A stretch of 64,000 nucleotides of DNA from Candidatus Aminicenantes bacterium. Its GTDB lineage: Bacteria > Acidobacteriota > Aminicenantia > UBA2199. Numbering within the stretch: position 1 is the stretch's first letter; each line of letters opens with the position of its first letter. Below, in pieces: positions 1 to 8,904 of this stretch. The position numbers were made by a program, and so were the translations under genes. The notes beneath the pieces were generated by a model. It was not told the DNA's origin, searched no databases, and saw only the letters and a list, made by a program, of their open reading frames with translations. Location of the stretch: NCBI GenBank assembly GCA_030639305.1, contig DAOWCY010000012.1, positions 954 through 64,953 on the forward strand. The letters are read 5' to 3'.

Positions 1-774
1 CATCATTTTTATAACTTCTTTGACGATAGGGGTTACCTGTACCGGGCCTTTCTGCTTTTCACCGCGGCGGCTGAAAGTAAGAATTTGCTGCACTAAGTCT
101 TTGGCCCGGTGTGAGGCTTTGAGCGCCTGCTGTAAATTCTGCCTCATTATCATTTCATCGGTGCGGGAGTCTAAGGAGAGTTCCAAATACCCCATGATAA
201 TGCTGAGAATATTATTAAAATCATGAGCAATACCGCTGGCTAAAGTACCGATGACTTCCATTTTCTGGGCCTGGCGCAGTTGTTTTTCCAACTGCCGCAC
301 TTTGGAAAGATCGCGCAGCACACCCTGTACAGCCGGTTGTTCACAGTATGTGATAGGGCCGGCAAGAATCTCCACTTCGAATTCGACCCCGTTTTTGCGC
401 CAGGCCAGGAAGTTGTTATATCCCCGCAGTATTTCATCAACCGGGCCCGTGGTTTCGATATAGACCAGTTTTTTTATTTCCCTGCCGGTGATATCCGCCG
501 GGGCTTTAAAACCGAAAATTTCGGCAAAACGCCGGCTGCAAAATTTCAGCACTCCGTCCCGGCATATAAAAATACCGTCAAAGGAGTTTTCGATCAAGGA
601 TCTCAGGTTCTCGCTTTTATCGGGCAATATTTCTTCCACTGTTCCCGGTGCAATCCTTTCCCCCTGGTTTTGCTGCGTTTCCGGCAGTTTCTTTTCCGGG
701 ACAGGGTTATGTTCCAGCCGCGATTCGTCTCCAACTACCGTTTGTTCTGCTTTAGTCTTTAGTTTATCAACCAT
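1..774 (-). CDS. PAS-domain sensor histidine kinase, probably hybrid type; C-terminus runs off the window
   Basis: Not in the ORF track; translated by hand from ATG 774: MVDKLKTK...RSLIENSFDGIFICRDG (PAS)...QLRQAQKMEVIGTLASGIAHDFNNILSIIMGY (HisKA H-box); open to base 1. Confidence 0.9.
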   Translation of the reverse strand, partial: MVDKLKTKAEQTVVGDESRLEHNPVPEKKLPETQQNQGERIAPGTVEEILPDKSENLRSLIENSFDGIFICRDGVLKFCSRRFAEIFGFKAPADITGREIKKLVYIETTGPVDEILRGYNNFLAWRKNGVEFEVEILAGPITYCEQPAVQGVLRDLSKVRQLEKQLRQAQKMEVIGTLASGIAHDFNNILSIIMGYLELSLDSRTDEMIMRQNLQQALKASHRAKDLVQQILTFSRRGEKQKGPVQVTPIVKEVIKMM

Positions 775-910
775 GATGCGTAGAATATAGTACGTATAAA
801 AAAATAAATTAGTTTTAAAAAAACATTATAGCATTTTTTTTGTTTTTTTTCCGCAAAATTTTTGTTGCCGGAGAAAATTTTCCAAAATTTTGATTTCCCG
901 GACAGCCTGA

Positions 911-991
911 CAGGACTTGACCCCCGTTATGACTCTATCAGCGTCCCTTAAAAATGTTGCAAAACAAGACTTGACCCCGTTAGGCCGTTAG
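911..991 (+). repeat. Repeat family A (core AAAATGTTGCAAAACAAGACTTGACCCCG(T/A)TAG), one full and one partial copy
   Basis: Direct match to copies at 2801-2892, 4207-4372, 14121-14246 and 18060-18127. Confidence 0.9.
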
Positions 992-996
992 GCTGA

Positions 997-1191
997 AAAA
1001 TTGCCCTGCGAGCGTTTGAGTTGATCGAGGCGATTATGAGGAATCCTTTTTCCGGTATTGGAAAACCGGAACCCCTTAAATTCATGCTTTCCGGCGCCAG
1101 GTCACGCCGCTTAACCCAGGAACACCGGATTGTTTATGTAGTAGGCAGTGATCGAATTGATTTCTTACAATGTCGTTACCATTATAAGTGA
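997..1191 (+). pseudogene. yoeB: 5'-truncated Txe/YoeB toxin copy
   Basis: KIALRAFELIEAIMRNPFSGIGKPEPLKFMLSGARSRRLTQEHRIVY...FLQCRYHYK* aligns with intact 20186-20485; no start codon; W>R change. Confidence 0.9.
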
Positions 1192-1232
1192 GTCCCCACA
1201 AAATGCTGTAAAACAAGACTTAACTCCATTAG
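1192..1232 (+). repeat. Repeat family A, degenerate copy
   Basis: AAATGCTGTAAAACAAGACTTAACTCCATTAG. Confidence 0.75.
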
Positions 1233-1244
1233 GTTCTTAGTCGT

Positions 1245-2381
1245 TTAGGTGAAGACGCGCTGTTTTAAGTATATGGGAAAAAAAGGATCGCTGAATTGAT
1301 ATTTATCATCCATTTTCTCGATGATACCGTTTTCGGTCAGGCTGTTCAGCGCTCTCTGGGTACTGGAACTGGAAGAAAGGTTAAATTTTCTCGCATACTC
1401 CCTGGAGAAGATGTTTTCCCGTTCATGCAGAAGGGCGTGGATTACTTTACGTTGATAATGGGTTAGTTTGTCGAATAGTGTGTGGTAATAATCGTCCTGG
1501 TTATCCAGGATCACGGAAACTGCTTTTTTGACAGTTTCTTCATCTATCGGTTTATCTTCTTCTTGTGCCGCCTGCCAGGTTTGCGAGGCTAAATACTGGT
1601 TATAATAGGGGATATTGCCGGTGTACCGTAATAAAACATCAAATACCCCTTTCTTAAAACGCAGGCTCCCTTTGTTGAACTCCTCCTCCATATGTTCGAT
1701 CATTTCCCCGGGAGAGATTTTATCCAACTTTACCAGTTTCCCGATATTATAGAAAGCCCTTTTTTTATCGGCAAACATGTTTAGCATCAAATGGGTTTTG
1801 CTGCCCATGAATACGTAACCGATGTCCTGGTGAAATTGCAGCACCGAACGGAACTGTTTTTCGATGGTGCTGCCGTTTAAGCTGTTGATTTCCTGGAACT
1901 CATCGAAAACAATGACCCATTTCTCATCCTTTTTTTTGATTTTATCCGGTAGGTCCAGGACGTCCAACAGGGAGTTTTCTTTGGGTATGCTGCTGCCGTA
2001 TGAAAACGAAATTACCGGTTTGCCGTTTTCGTCGATGGTTACGGAGGGTATAATTCCTCGTATATAGTTTTTCAAATTTTTGATCGTTTTTTTTATGGGG
2101 CTGCCGTGGGCTGCCATTATTTTTGCTGCATACAGGTTAATGAAATTTTCCACGGAATAGACCTGGAAAAAATCGAGATATACGGTTTTCACCCCTTCTT
2201 TTTTTAATTCTTCGAGAATTTTTATGACCAGGGAAGTCTTACCGTATCTCCTGGGCGCGTAGAGAATGATATTGTTCCCGTTAAGCAGGTCTTTCCCGGT
2301 TTGCGATATTTCCTGTTTGCGGTTAATAAAATAGCTGCCGCCGACTATCGAACCATATTTAAAAGGATTCATCATATTCAT
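1245..2381 (-). CDS. AAA+/archaeal-type ATPase (ATPase_2-like) with probable C-terminal wHTH
   Basis: Walker A YAPRRYGKTS, Walker B VIVFDEFQEI; 378 aa. Confidence 0.85.
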   Translation of the reverse strand: MNMMNPFKYGSIVGGSYFINRKQEISQTGKDLLNGNNIILYAPRRYGKTSLVIKILEELKKEGVKTVYLDFFQVYSVENFINLYAAKIMAAHGSPIKKTIKNLKNYIRGIIPSVTIDENGKPVISFSYGSSIPKENSLLDVLDLPDKIKKKDEKWVIVFDEFQEINSLNGSTIEKQFRSVLQFHQDIGYVFMGSKTHLMLNMFADKKRAFYNIGKLVKLDKISPGEMIEHMEEEFNKGSLRFKKGVFDVLLRYTGNIPYYNQYLASQTWQAAQEEDKPIDEETVKKAVSVILDNQDDYYHTLFDKLTHYQRKVIHALLHERENIFSREYARKFNLSSSSSTQRALNSLTENGIIEKMDDKYQFSDPFFPIYLKQRVFT

Positions 2382-2595
2382 ACACTTACTGCGTACTTTG
2401 TATCGAGAAAAGATTATGCCATTACATGGCGGTAATGAACAACATGTTGTAGATATTTCAAGTTCCCACCGCCAGGTGGTATTTTTTCAAACTCAGTCTT
2501 GAAAAAACATTATACCATTAAAACACGCCGGTTGACAACCCGGGGTAAGATTTTTCCCACGGCGGATGAGGCGCAAGTATAACCGGTAAAAAAAC

Positions 2596-2634
2596 CCATT
2601 ACGCATTGCTGCGTAACGCACCACTGCGTAATGG
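2596..2634. repeat. Perfect 10-bp inverted repeat enclosing a second palindrome (REP-like hairpin)
   Basis: CCATTACGCA...TGCGTAATGG with internal TGCGTAACGCA. Confidence 0.7.
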
Positions 2635-2682
2635 AAATTTTAGGCGAACAGTCAAAAATATGACCCCGTTAGCTCAATAGCT

Positions 2683-2736
2683 GTAGTAAGTAGTGATCGA
2701 ATTGATTTCTTACAATGTCGTTACCATTATAAATGA
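2683..2736 (+). pseudogene. yoeB: 3'-terminal yoeB fragment
   Basis: VVSSDRIDFLQCRYHYK*, near-identical to 1138-1191; downstream DNA matches 20490-20600. Confidence 0.85.
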
Positions 2737-2800
2737 TTCCCCTAAAAATGGTAGTAGGCGGCATGACCGCTGCATAATGCCCGCGGCCATGCGACGCTCT

Positions 2801-2892
2801 GCTAATCCGGGTCACTGGATCACGCTTTCCGGGATGTCAAGTTCTCATTGCGTTCCTCAAAAATGTTGCAAAACAAGACTTGACCCCGTTAG
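2801..2892 (+). repeat. Repeat family A, long form (CTAATCCGGGTCA...GATGTCAAGTTCT...CAAGACTTGACCCCGTTAG)
   Basis: Imperfect palindrome; homologous to 4207-4290 and 20555-20650. Confidence 0.85.
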
Positions 2893-2986
2893 AAACAAAA
2901 AGCGTCCGGCGTCCGCGCCGCGGGCTTGTTTAAGACTTGACCCTGTTAATATTAATAGGAAAATTACAAAATCTTGTAAAATTGCA

Positions 2987-3014
2987 TTGCATTTTTACAA
3001 CATAAGTGTATAAT
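2987..3014 (+). promoter_or_regulatory. Candidate sigma70 promoter, probably leaderless
   Basis: TTGCAT-N16-TATAAT; ATG 3021 lies 6 nt after the -10 box. Confidence 0.55.
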
Positions 3015-3020
3015 TGCATT

Positions 3021-4202
3021 ATGAAAAACAATTACATACCCCGGCTGCTTCGTGTACCGGGCCGGTCTTTTTTTCTTTTCGGACCAAGAGGTGTCGGGAA
3101 AAGTACATGGCTAAAAAAAAACATGCCGGATGCTTTTTTCTTTGATCTGCTCGATTCTTCGCTTTACCTGGAATTTTCGCGCAATCCGGCGAGCCTCGAG
3201 GCCATGATCGGGAATATTCCCGAAGATTCCTGGATTGTGATCGACGAAATCCAAAAAATTCCTACCCTGTTAGATGAAGTGCATCGCTTGATAGAAAAAA
3301 AAAACTGGCGCTTTGCGTTATGTGGGTCATCTGCCAGGAAGTTACGCCGCGGTGGAGTTAACCTGCTGGGTGGCCGGGCCCTCACCCGCAATCTCGATGC
3401 TTTTTCCTATGCGGAGCTCGGGGCTGCCTTCGATTTGGACTTTTCGCTCCAATGGGGGTTATTACCCTGGGTGCAATTGGAAAAAGAAAACGCGGCGGAT
3501 ATCCTGGATTCCTATGTAAACACCTACATCAAAGAGGAAATAAAGGAAGAAGGCATTATCAGGCGTATACCGCCATTTTTGCGTTTTTTAAAAATTGCCG
3601 GACAAATCAACGGACAATTATTAAATGCTCAAAATATTTCCCGCGAGGCCATGGTGCCGCGAGCCAGCGTAGATGTGTATTTTTCTATCCTGGAAGATAC
3701 GCTTTTAGGTCATTTTCTCCCGGCCTATCGTCCCGGTGCGAAAATTCGGGAGCAAACTCATCCAAAATTTTATTGGTTCGATCCCGGCGCTGCCAGGAGC
3801 GCTGCCGGTTTGCTTTTTGAGCCTATCGACAGGACCTGGAAAGGCACGGCGCTGGAGACGATGATTTACCATGAACTGAGAGTTTTTAATCATACCCGGA
3901 ACAGGAATCGCGATATCTTTTTCTATCGAACAGCAAGTGGTACGGAAATCGATTTTGTAATCGAGACACGGAAACGGCAGCCATCATCCGTCCCTCATTT
4001 AGTCTGCATCGAGGTAAAGCTGGCTGAAAAATGGAAATCTTCATGGGAACGCGCCATGCGTTCTTTGCAGAGCAGTGATAGAATCCAGGTCGATCGCATG
4101 ATAGGGGTTTATACCGGTGCAAGAACATATCACGTCAACGGCCTGGATGTACTGCCGGTGGAGGAGTTTCTTAAAAGACTTTACCGGGGGGATGTTTTTT
4201 AG
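3021..4202 (+). CDS. AAA_14 ATPase with DUF4143 / PD-(D/E)XK C-terminus
   Basis: FGPRGVGKST, IVIDEIQK, FFYRTASGTEIDFVIE...CIEVK; ORF track starts at GTG 3006. Confidence 0.9.
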   Translation: MKNNYIPRLLRVPGRSFFLFGPRGVGKSTWLKKNMPDAFFFDLLDSSLYLEFSRNPASLEAMIGNIPEDSWIVIDEIQKIPTLLDEVHRLIEKKNWRFALCGSSARKLRRGGVNLLGGRALTRNLDAFSYAELGAAFDLDFSLQWGLLPWVQLEKENAADILDSYVNTYIKEEIKEEGIIRRIPPFLRFLKIAGQINGQLLNAQNISREAMVPRASVDVYFSILEDTLLGHFLPAYRPGAKIREQTHPKFYWFDPGAARSAAGLLFEPIDRTWKGTALETMIYHELRVFNHTRNRNRDIFFYRTASGTEIDFVIETRKRQPSSVPHLVCIEVKLAEKWKSSWERAMRSLQSSDRIQVDRMIGVYTGARTYHVNGLDVLPVEEFLKRLYRGDVF

Positions 4203-4206
4203 CCCG

Positions 4207-4372
4207 GTTAATCCGGGTCGCGCCTTCCGGGATGTCAAGTTCTATCAGCGTCCCTTAAAAATGCTGCAAAACAAGACTTGACCCCGATAGCATTCTTAAA
4301 AATGTTGCAAAACAAGACTTGACCCCGATAGCATTCTTAAAAATGTTGCAAAACAAGACTTGACCCCGATAG
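4207..4372 (+). repeat. Repeat family A: long form plus three tandem 41-bp units
   Basis: CATTCTTAAAAATGTTGCAAAACAAGACTTGACCCCGATAG-type units ending at 4290, 4331 and 4372; no spacers. Confidence 0.95.
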
Positions 4373-4412
4373 CATTATAGCATTTTTTTTCCAATTTTTG
4401 ATAGATTTTATG

Positions 4413-4441
4413 TTGCATTTTCTTTCATGGTGATGTATTAT
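4413..4441 (+). promoter_or_regulatory. Candidate sigma70 promoter of the kinase/regulator pair
   Basis: TTGCAT-N17-TATTAT. Confidence 0.5.
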
Positions 4442-4460
4442 TTATTTTTAAGAAGGAAAA

Positions 4461-6839
4461 ATGACTCAAAAAAAGAGGGCTGCAAATAGAACAAAAGACG
4501 AACTCTTGCAGGACGTCACCGAACGCAAGAGGGCTGACGAGGCGTTGCGTACAGGACAGAGTAATGCTCAAAAATACTTAGATATAGTTGAAGTTATGTT
4601 AGCTGCCGTAAATGAAAAAGGGGAGATTACCCTCATCAACCGCAAAGGCTGTAGGGTGCTGGGTTATAAAGAAAGCGAACTATTGGGTAAGAATTGGTTC
4701 GCCGTCTGCCTGCCGGAGCAAATCAGCGCGAATGTGGAGGCTGTTTTCCATGAGTTGTTGGCCGGGAATATCGAGCCGTTGGAATACTCTGAGAACCCGG
4801 TGCTGACGAAGTCCGGTGAAGAAAGAGTCATCGCCTGGCATAATAGTGTGTTGAAGGATGAGACCGGCAGGATCGTAGGTGTCCTGAGTTCGGGTGAGGA
4901 CATCACCGAACGCAGGGAAATGGAAGAAAAACTGCGGGAAAGTGAACAGCGCTATCGTTTGTTGGTAGACAGCGCCGGCGAGGGCATCGGGGTCATCCAG
5001 GGTACCCAGTTTTGCTTTGCCAACCCGAAGCTGTTGGAAATATCCGGCTTCAGCGAAGAAGAGATAATGTCCCGGTCGATTTTTGATTTCGCTTTGCCCG
5101 AAGACCGAGAGATGTTGGCGGAACGCCTTAATAAAAAGTTGGCGGGCGAGGCGTTAGATACCGATTATGTATTCAGGATTATTGCCAAAGATAAAAGTGT
5201 CAGGTGGGTGAGATCCAATTCGGTGACGATAGAGTGGGAAGGCAGACCGGCGACGTTAAACTTCTTTGCCGATGTTAGCGACCGGGTAGCCATGGAAGAG
5301 AAAATCAAGACCGCGGCCCGGGAATGGCATACCACTTTCGATGCCATCAATGACGCCATTTCACTTCTCGACGCCGATAGGAGGGTGCTGCGGGCCAATA
5401 AAACCCTGGCAAGACTCTTAGGAAAATCTTTTGCAGAGATCATCGGTTTTCGCTGTTATGAACTTTTGCAATGTGAACGTGAATCCAGCGGGCCCTGTCC
5501 TTTTGAGCGCATGTTAAAAAGCCGGCGCCGGGAAACTGAGGAACTGCTCCTGCGTGAATGCCGGTGCGAAGGAATCGTAGACCCGATCTTCGCTGAATCG
5601 GGGCACTTGAAGGGAGCCGTCTATATTGTCAAAGATATCGGCGAACGCAGGCGCAGCGAAGAACAGATCAGGCGGCAGAACGAGTTCTTGAACACCGTTA
5701 TGGAATCTTTGACTCACCCCTTTTACATCGTGGACGTCCGGGATTACAGCATCGTAATGGCCAACCCGGCGGCCCGGAAAAGTCTTTCAACAAGAGGCTC
5801 CACCTGTTACCAAATCACCCACGGCCGCGATGAACCCTGTACCGGGTCCCGGCACCCCTGCCCCATCCAGGAGGTGAAAGAGAGCAAGAAACCGGCCAGG
5901 GTAGAACATATCCATACCGGCCGGCAAGGGGGAAAGAGGAATCTTGAGATTCATGCGTATCCAATTTTCGATGAGGCGGGAGAAGTGAAACAGATCATCG
6001 AATATACCATAGATATTAGCGAACGCCGCAAAGCCGAAAAGATGGCCGGGTTACAGCAGGAACAATTACTCCAGGCCGATAAGATGATCAGCCTGGGTAT
6101 CCTGGTATCCGGTGTGGCCCATGAGATCAATAATCCCAACAACTCCATCGCGTTGAATGCCCAGTTTTTGGATAAGGCCTGCCGCAGTGTGCTGCCCATT
6201 TTAGATGAATACTACAGGGAGAACGAATCGCTGCAGGTGGGCGGAATAGAGTACGGGAAATTCCGTGAAAAGGCGCCTTTTTTGTTTTCCGGTATCTTAG
6301 ACAGTTCCAGGCGCATCCAGCATATTGTCCGGGAGTTGAAGTCTTTTTCCCGTAAAGACGCGGCTGATACGCAGGCGCCGGTGGATTTGAATGCGGTGGT
6401 CAAATCCGCCGTCGGTTTGATGAGCAACATTATAAAAAAATCCACCCGCAATTTCCAGGCTACTTACGGCAGGGGACTGCCCCGGGTGCTGGGGGATTTT
6501 CGGAAATTGGAGCAGGTGATTATTAATTTAGTTCAGAATGCCTGCCAGGCCCTTGCCGCCCCGGGGAAAGGGATTTCCTTGTCTACCTGTTATGACCGGG
6601 AGAACCGGCAGGTGGTGGTAATAGTTGAAGATGAAGGCGTGGGCATACCTAAAGAAGACTTGAAGCATATCGCGGATCCCTTTTTTACGACTAAACGCAG
6701 TTCCGGCGGCACCGGCTTAGGGCTGTCGGTGTCGCAGCGCATCGTAAACGACCACAGCGGTACGCTTCATTTTTCTTCTACCCCCGGAGAGGGCACCACG
6801 GTGGAGGTTCGTTTCCCCCTCCTGGAGAAGAAACCATGA
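4461..6839 (+). CDS. Multi-PAS sensor histidine kinase (about 4 PAS/PAC domains, HisKA, HATPase)
   Basis: GVAHEINNPN H-box, NLVQNA N-box, DEGVG, FFTTK, GTGLGL; ATGA overlap with the regulator. Confidence 0.95.
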   Translation: MTQKKRAANRTKDELLQDVTERKRADEALRTGQSNAQKYLDIVEVMLAAVNEKGEITLINRKGCRVLGYKESELLGKNWFAVCLPEQISANVEAVFHELLAGNIEPLEYSENPVLTKSGEERVIAWHNSVLKDETGRIVGVLSSGEDITERREMEEKLRESEQRYRLLVDSAGEGIGVIQGTQFCFANPKLLEISGFSEEEIMSRSIFDFALPEDREMLAERLNKKLAGEALDTDYVFRIIAKDKSVRWVRSNSVTIEWEGRPATLNFFADVSDRVAMEEKIKTAAREWHTTFDAINDAISLLDADRRVLRANKTLARLLGKSFAEIIGFRCYELLQCERESSGPCPFERMLKSRRRETEELLLRECRCEGIVDPIFAESGHLKGAVYIVKDIGERRRSEEQIRRQNEFLNTVMESLTHPFYIVDVRDYSIVMANPAARKSLSTRGSTCYQITHGRDEPCTGSRHPCPIQEVKESKKPARVEHIHTGRQGGKRNLEIHAYPIFDEAGEVKQIIEYTIDISERRKAEKMAGLQQEQLLQADKMISLGILVSGVAHEINNPNNSIALNAQFLDKACRSVLPILDEYYRENESLQVGGIEYGKFREKAPFLFSGILDSSRRIQHIVRELKSFSRKDAADTQAPVDLNAVVKSAVGLMSNIIKKSTRNFQATYGRGLPRVLGDFRKLEQVIINLVQNACQALAAPGKGISLSTCYDRENRQVVVIVEDEGVGIPKEDLKHIADPFFTTKRSSGGTGLGLSVSQRIVNDHSGTLHFSSTPGEGTTVEVRFPLLEKKP

Positions 6840-8251
6840 CTGAATTAAAATTTCCCGGTTGCCCGGTTTTGATCGTGGACGATGAGGAGAATACCCTGCG
6901 CAGTTTCGAGATCACTTTGAACTCCGCAAAGATCGACAATATCGTGCTCTGCCGGGACAGCCGCCGCGTACTGCCTCTTTTGCAAGAACAGGAATTCGAG
7001 CTGCTGCTGTTGGACCTGACCATGCCCCATATCGGCGGTGAAGAACTGCTGCCCCGGGTAGTCCATGATTTTCCCCACATCCCGGTGATTATCATTACCG
7101 GCAATATGGAGATCGACATCGCGGTGAAATGCATGCAGGCCGGGGCTTTCGACTACATGGTCAAACCGGTGGAAGAGAAACGGCTGATCTCCGGCGTGAG
7201 CCGGGCCATCGAACGCAACCGCCTGCAGCGGGAAAACCTGACCTTGAGAAAACAACTGCTCGGCGGCGAATTGTCCCATCCCGAAACCTTTGCCCCTATC
7301 GTTACCTGCAGCCCGGCCATGATTTCTATATTCAAATACATCGAAGTGATTGCCGCCAGTCCCGAACCGGTGCTTTTAACCGGCGAGACCGGGGTAGGCA
7401 AAGAGTTGATAGCCCGGGCCATCCACGAAGCCGGAGGCCGGAAAGGGAAACTGGTTTCCACAAATGTGGCCGGGCTGGACGACACCATGTTTTCCGATAC
7501 CCTGTTCGGCCATAAAAAAGGGGCCTTTACCGATGCCCGCGAATCCCGCGGCGGTTTGATCGAACAGGCTTCCGGCGGCACCCTGTTTTTAGATGAGATC
7601 GGGGATTTGAGTCCCGCCTCCCAGGTAAAATTGCTCAGGCTGCTCCAGGAGCGGGAATACTTCCCCTTAGGTTCCGATATCGCCCGCCACAGCGACGCCC
7701 GCATCGTGGCCGCCACCAACCGGGAATTAGCGGCATCTTTAGAAGCAGGAAAGTTTCGCAAGGACCTATATTACCGGCTGGAAGTCCATCATATCTATAT
7801 CCCGCCCCTGCGCCGCCGCCGGGAAGATATCGTGCCTTTAGTTGCTCATTTCTTAGAAGAGGCGGGCAAAGCCCTTAATAAAAAAAAGCCTACCCCTCCG
7901 AAAGAGCTTTTTGTTTTGTTGGACAGCTATCCTTTTCCCGGCAATGTGCGTGAAATCCGCGCCATGGTATTCGATGCGGTAAGCACCCATACTGCCGGGA
8001 TACTTTCCATGGCAAGCTTTAAAAAGACCATCGCACAAAAAAGGAAAACCCTGTGCCCGGTGATAGAGCCGGCGGCAGGGCAGCCTGGAGAACCTATCGT
8101 TTTGCAATTTTCCAGGCCGCTGCCTACGCTGGCTAAGGCTGAGGGGATGCTGGTTAAGGAAGCGTTGAAACAGGCAAAAGACAACCGGTCGATAGCGGCC
8201 CAACTGTTGGGTATTTCGCGCCAGACCCTGATCCGCAAGCTCAAAAAGTAA
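6836..8251 (+). CDS. Sigma54-dependent response regulator (NtrC family)
   Basis: Receiver LLDLTMP, GETGVGKE, GAFTDA loop, LFLDEIG, RKDLYYRL, FPGNVRE, Fis-type HTH. Confidence 0.97.
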   Translation: MTELKFPGCPVLIVDDEENTLRSFEITLNSAKIDNIVLCRDSRRVLPLLQEQEFELLLLDLTMPHIGGEELLPRVVHDFPHIPVIIITGNMEIDIAVKCMQAGAFDYMVKPVEEKRLISGVSRAIERNRLQRENLTLRKQLLGGELSHPETFAPIVTCSPAMISIFKYIEVIAASPEPVLLTGETGVGKELIARAIHEAGGRKGKLVSTNVAGLDDTMFSDTLFGHKKGAFTDARESRGGLIEQASGGTLFLDEIGDLSPASQVKLLRLLQEREYFPLGSDIARHSDARIVAATNRELAASLEAGKFRKDLYYRLEVHHIYIPPLRRRREDIVPLVAHFLEEAGKALNKKKPTPPKELFVLLDSYPFPGNVREIRAMVFDAVSTHTAGILSMASFKKTIAQKRKTLCPVIEPAAGQPGEPIVLQFSRPLPTLAKAEGMLVKEALKQAKDNRSIAAQLLGISRQTLIRKLKK

Positions 8252-8288
8252 TTTCCCCTATTCTCATACCTGTTGCATTTCGGTACAC

Positions 8289-8305
8289 TGTCACAATTTG
8301 ATACA
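8289..8305. promoter_or_regulatory. Candidate enhancer (UAS) site 1
   Basis: TGTCACAATTTGATACA = TGT-N11-ACA. Confidence 0.45.
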
Positions 8306-8325
8306 ATGCCCCGCAGTGTCCACAC

Positions 8326-8345
8326 GGGGGGCTTTCCCCCTTTTT
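8326..8345 (+). terminator. Rho-independent terminator after the regulator
   Basis: GGGGG(G)-CTTT-CCCCC followed by TTTTT. Confidence 0.65.
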
Positions 8346-8366
8346 AACGAAAGATAAAAGGAAAGG

Positions 8367-8383
8367 TGTTGTAAAATGTAACA
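8367..8383. promoter_or_regulatory. Candidate enhancer (UAS) site 2
   Basis: TGTTGTAAAATGTAACA = TGT-N11-ACA inside a GGTGTT..AACACC inverted repeat. Confidence 0.5.
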
Positions 8384-8484
8384 CCCTTTTCGATTTCTCT
8401 CTTTACTTGAAAAATCACTCCCGAAAAATCGAAGCAACGCACTGCTGCTGCTTTCCAGGGTTATCCCGGCGTCTTTTAGTTTAC

Positions 8485-8501
8485 CCGGCAAGAGAATTGC
8501 T
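8485..8501 (+). promoter_or_regulatory. Sigma54 -24/-12 promoter
   Basis: CCGGCAAGAGAATTGCT: GG at 8487-88, exactly 10 nt, then GC at 8499-8500. Confidence 0.7.
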
Positions 8502-8514
8502 AATATAAAGCGAT

Positions 8515-8904
8515 ATGAAAAGACAACGTATACTCCTGACCGGTGAAAAAAAAGAAAACGCGCTGCCCCTGAGCCTTTTCCTGGAAGGTCAGGATTTCCG
8601 CGTTACGGTGGAAGAAAACAGCAGCCGTTTCGTGAAACAAGTTCGCGGCGGTGAAAACGCCGCGTCCTCCTTCGACCTGCTGGTTGCCGGAACGCAGATG
8701 CCGGAAAAATTATTAATCGAACTGCTGTTGAAATTGGAAATTTCAAAAGTGAAGGTTCCCCTTATTTTGATCTCCGATAACGGCAGGCGACCCTGGTTCG
8801 AGCTCCTTAAAAGCAGTTATCCCGGTTTACGTTTATACGCAGTCAAACCTACCGAACCCCAGGAACTGGTTAAGGTAGTAAAAAAAATTTTCGAGGAACA
8901 ATGA
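8515..8904 (+). CDS. Degenerate (pseudo-)receiver domain protein
   Basis: CheY-like pattern DLLVAGTQMP has Gly at the phospho-Asp position; AVKP Lys retained. Confidence 0.65.
   Translation: MKRQRILLTGEKKENALPLSLFLEGQDFRVTVEENSSRFVKQVRGGENAASSFDLLVAGTQMPEKLLIELLLKLEISKVKVPLILISDNGRRPWFELLKSSYPGLRLYAVKPTEPQELVKVVKKIFEEQ

Noticed and set aside
280-790. Plus-strand ORFs 280-762 and 488-790
   Set aside because: Antisense shadows of the minus-strand histidine kinase at 1-774.
2693-3013. 106-aa ORF
   Set aside because: Assembled from an off-frame yoeB fragment and repeat A; no family motif.
4250-4372. CRISPR array (also 14121-14246, 52689-52896, 54705-54924)
   Set aside because: Units are head-to-tail with no unique spacers of uniform length, and there are no cas genes in the window.
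7515-7535. GAFTDA instead of GAFTGA as a sign of a sigma54-independent activator
   Set aside because: To my knowledge a common natural variant; Phe and Thr are intact and a -24/-12 promoter lies downstream.
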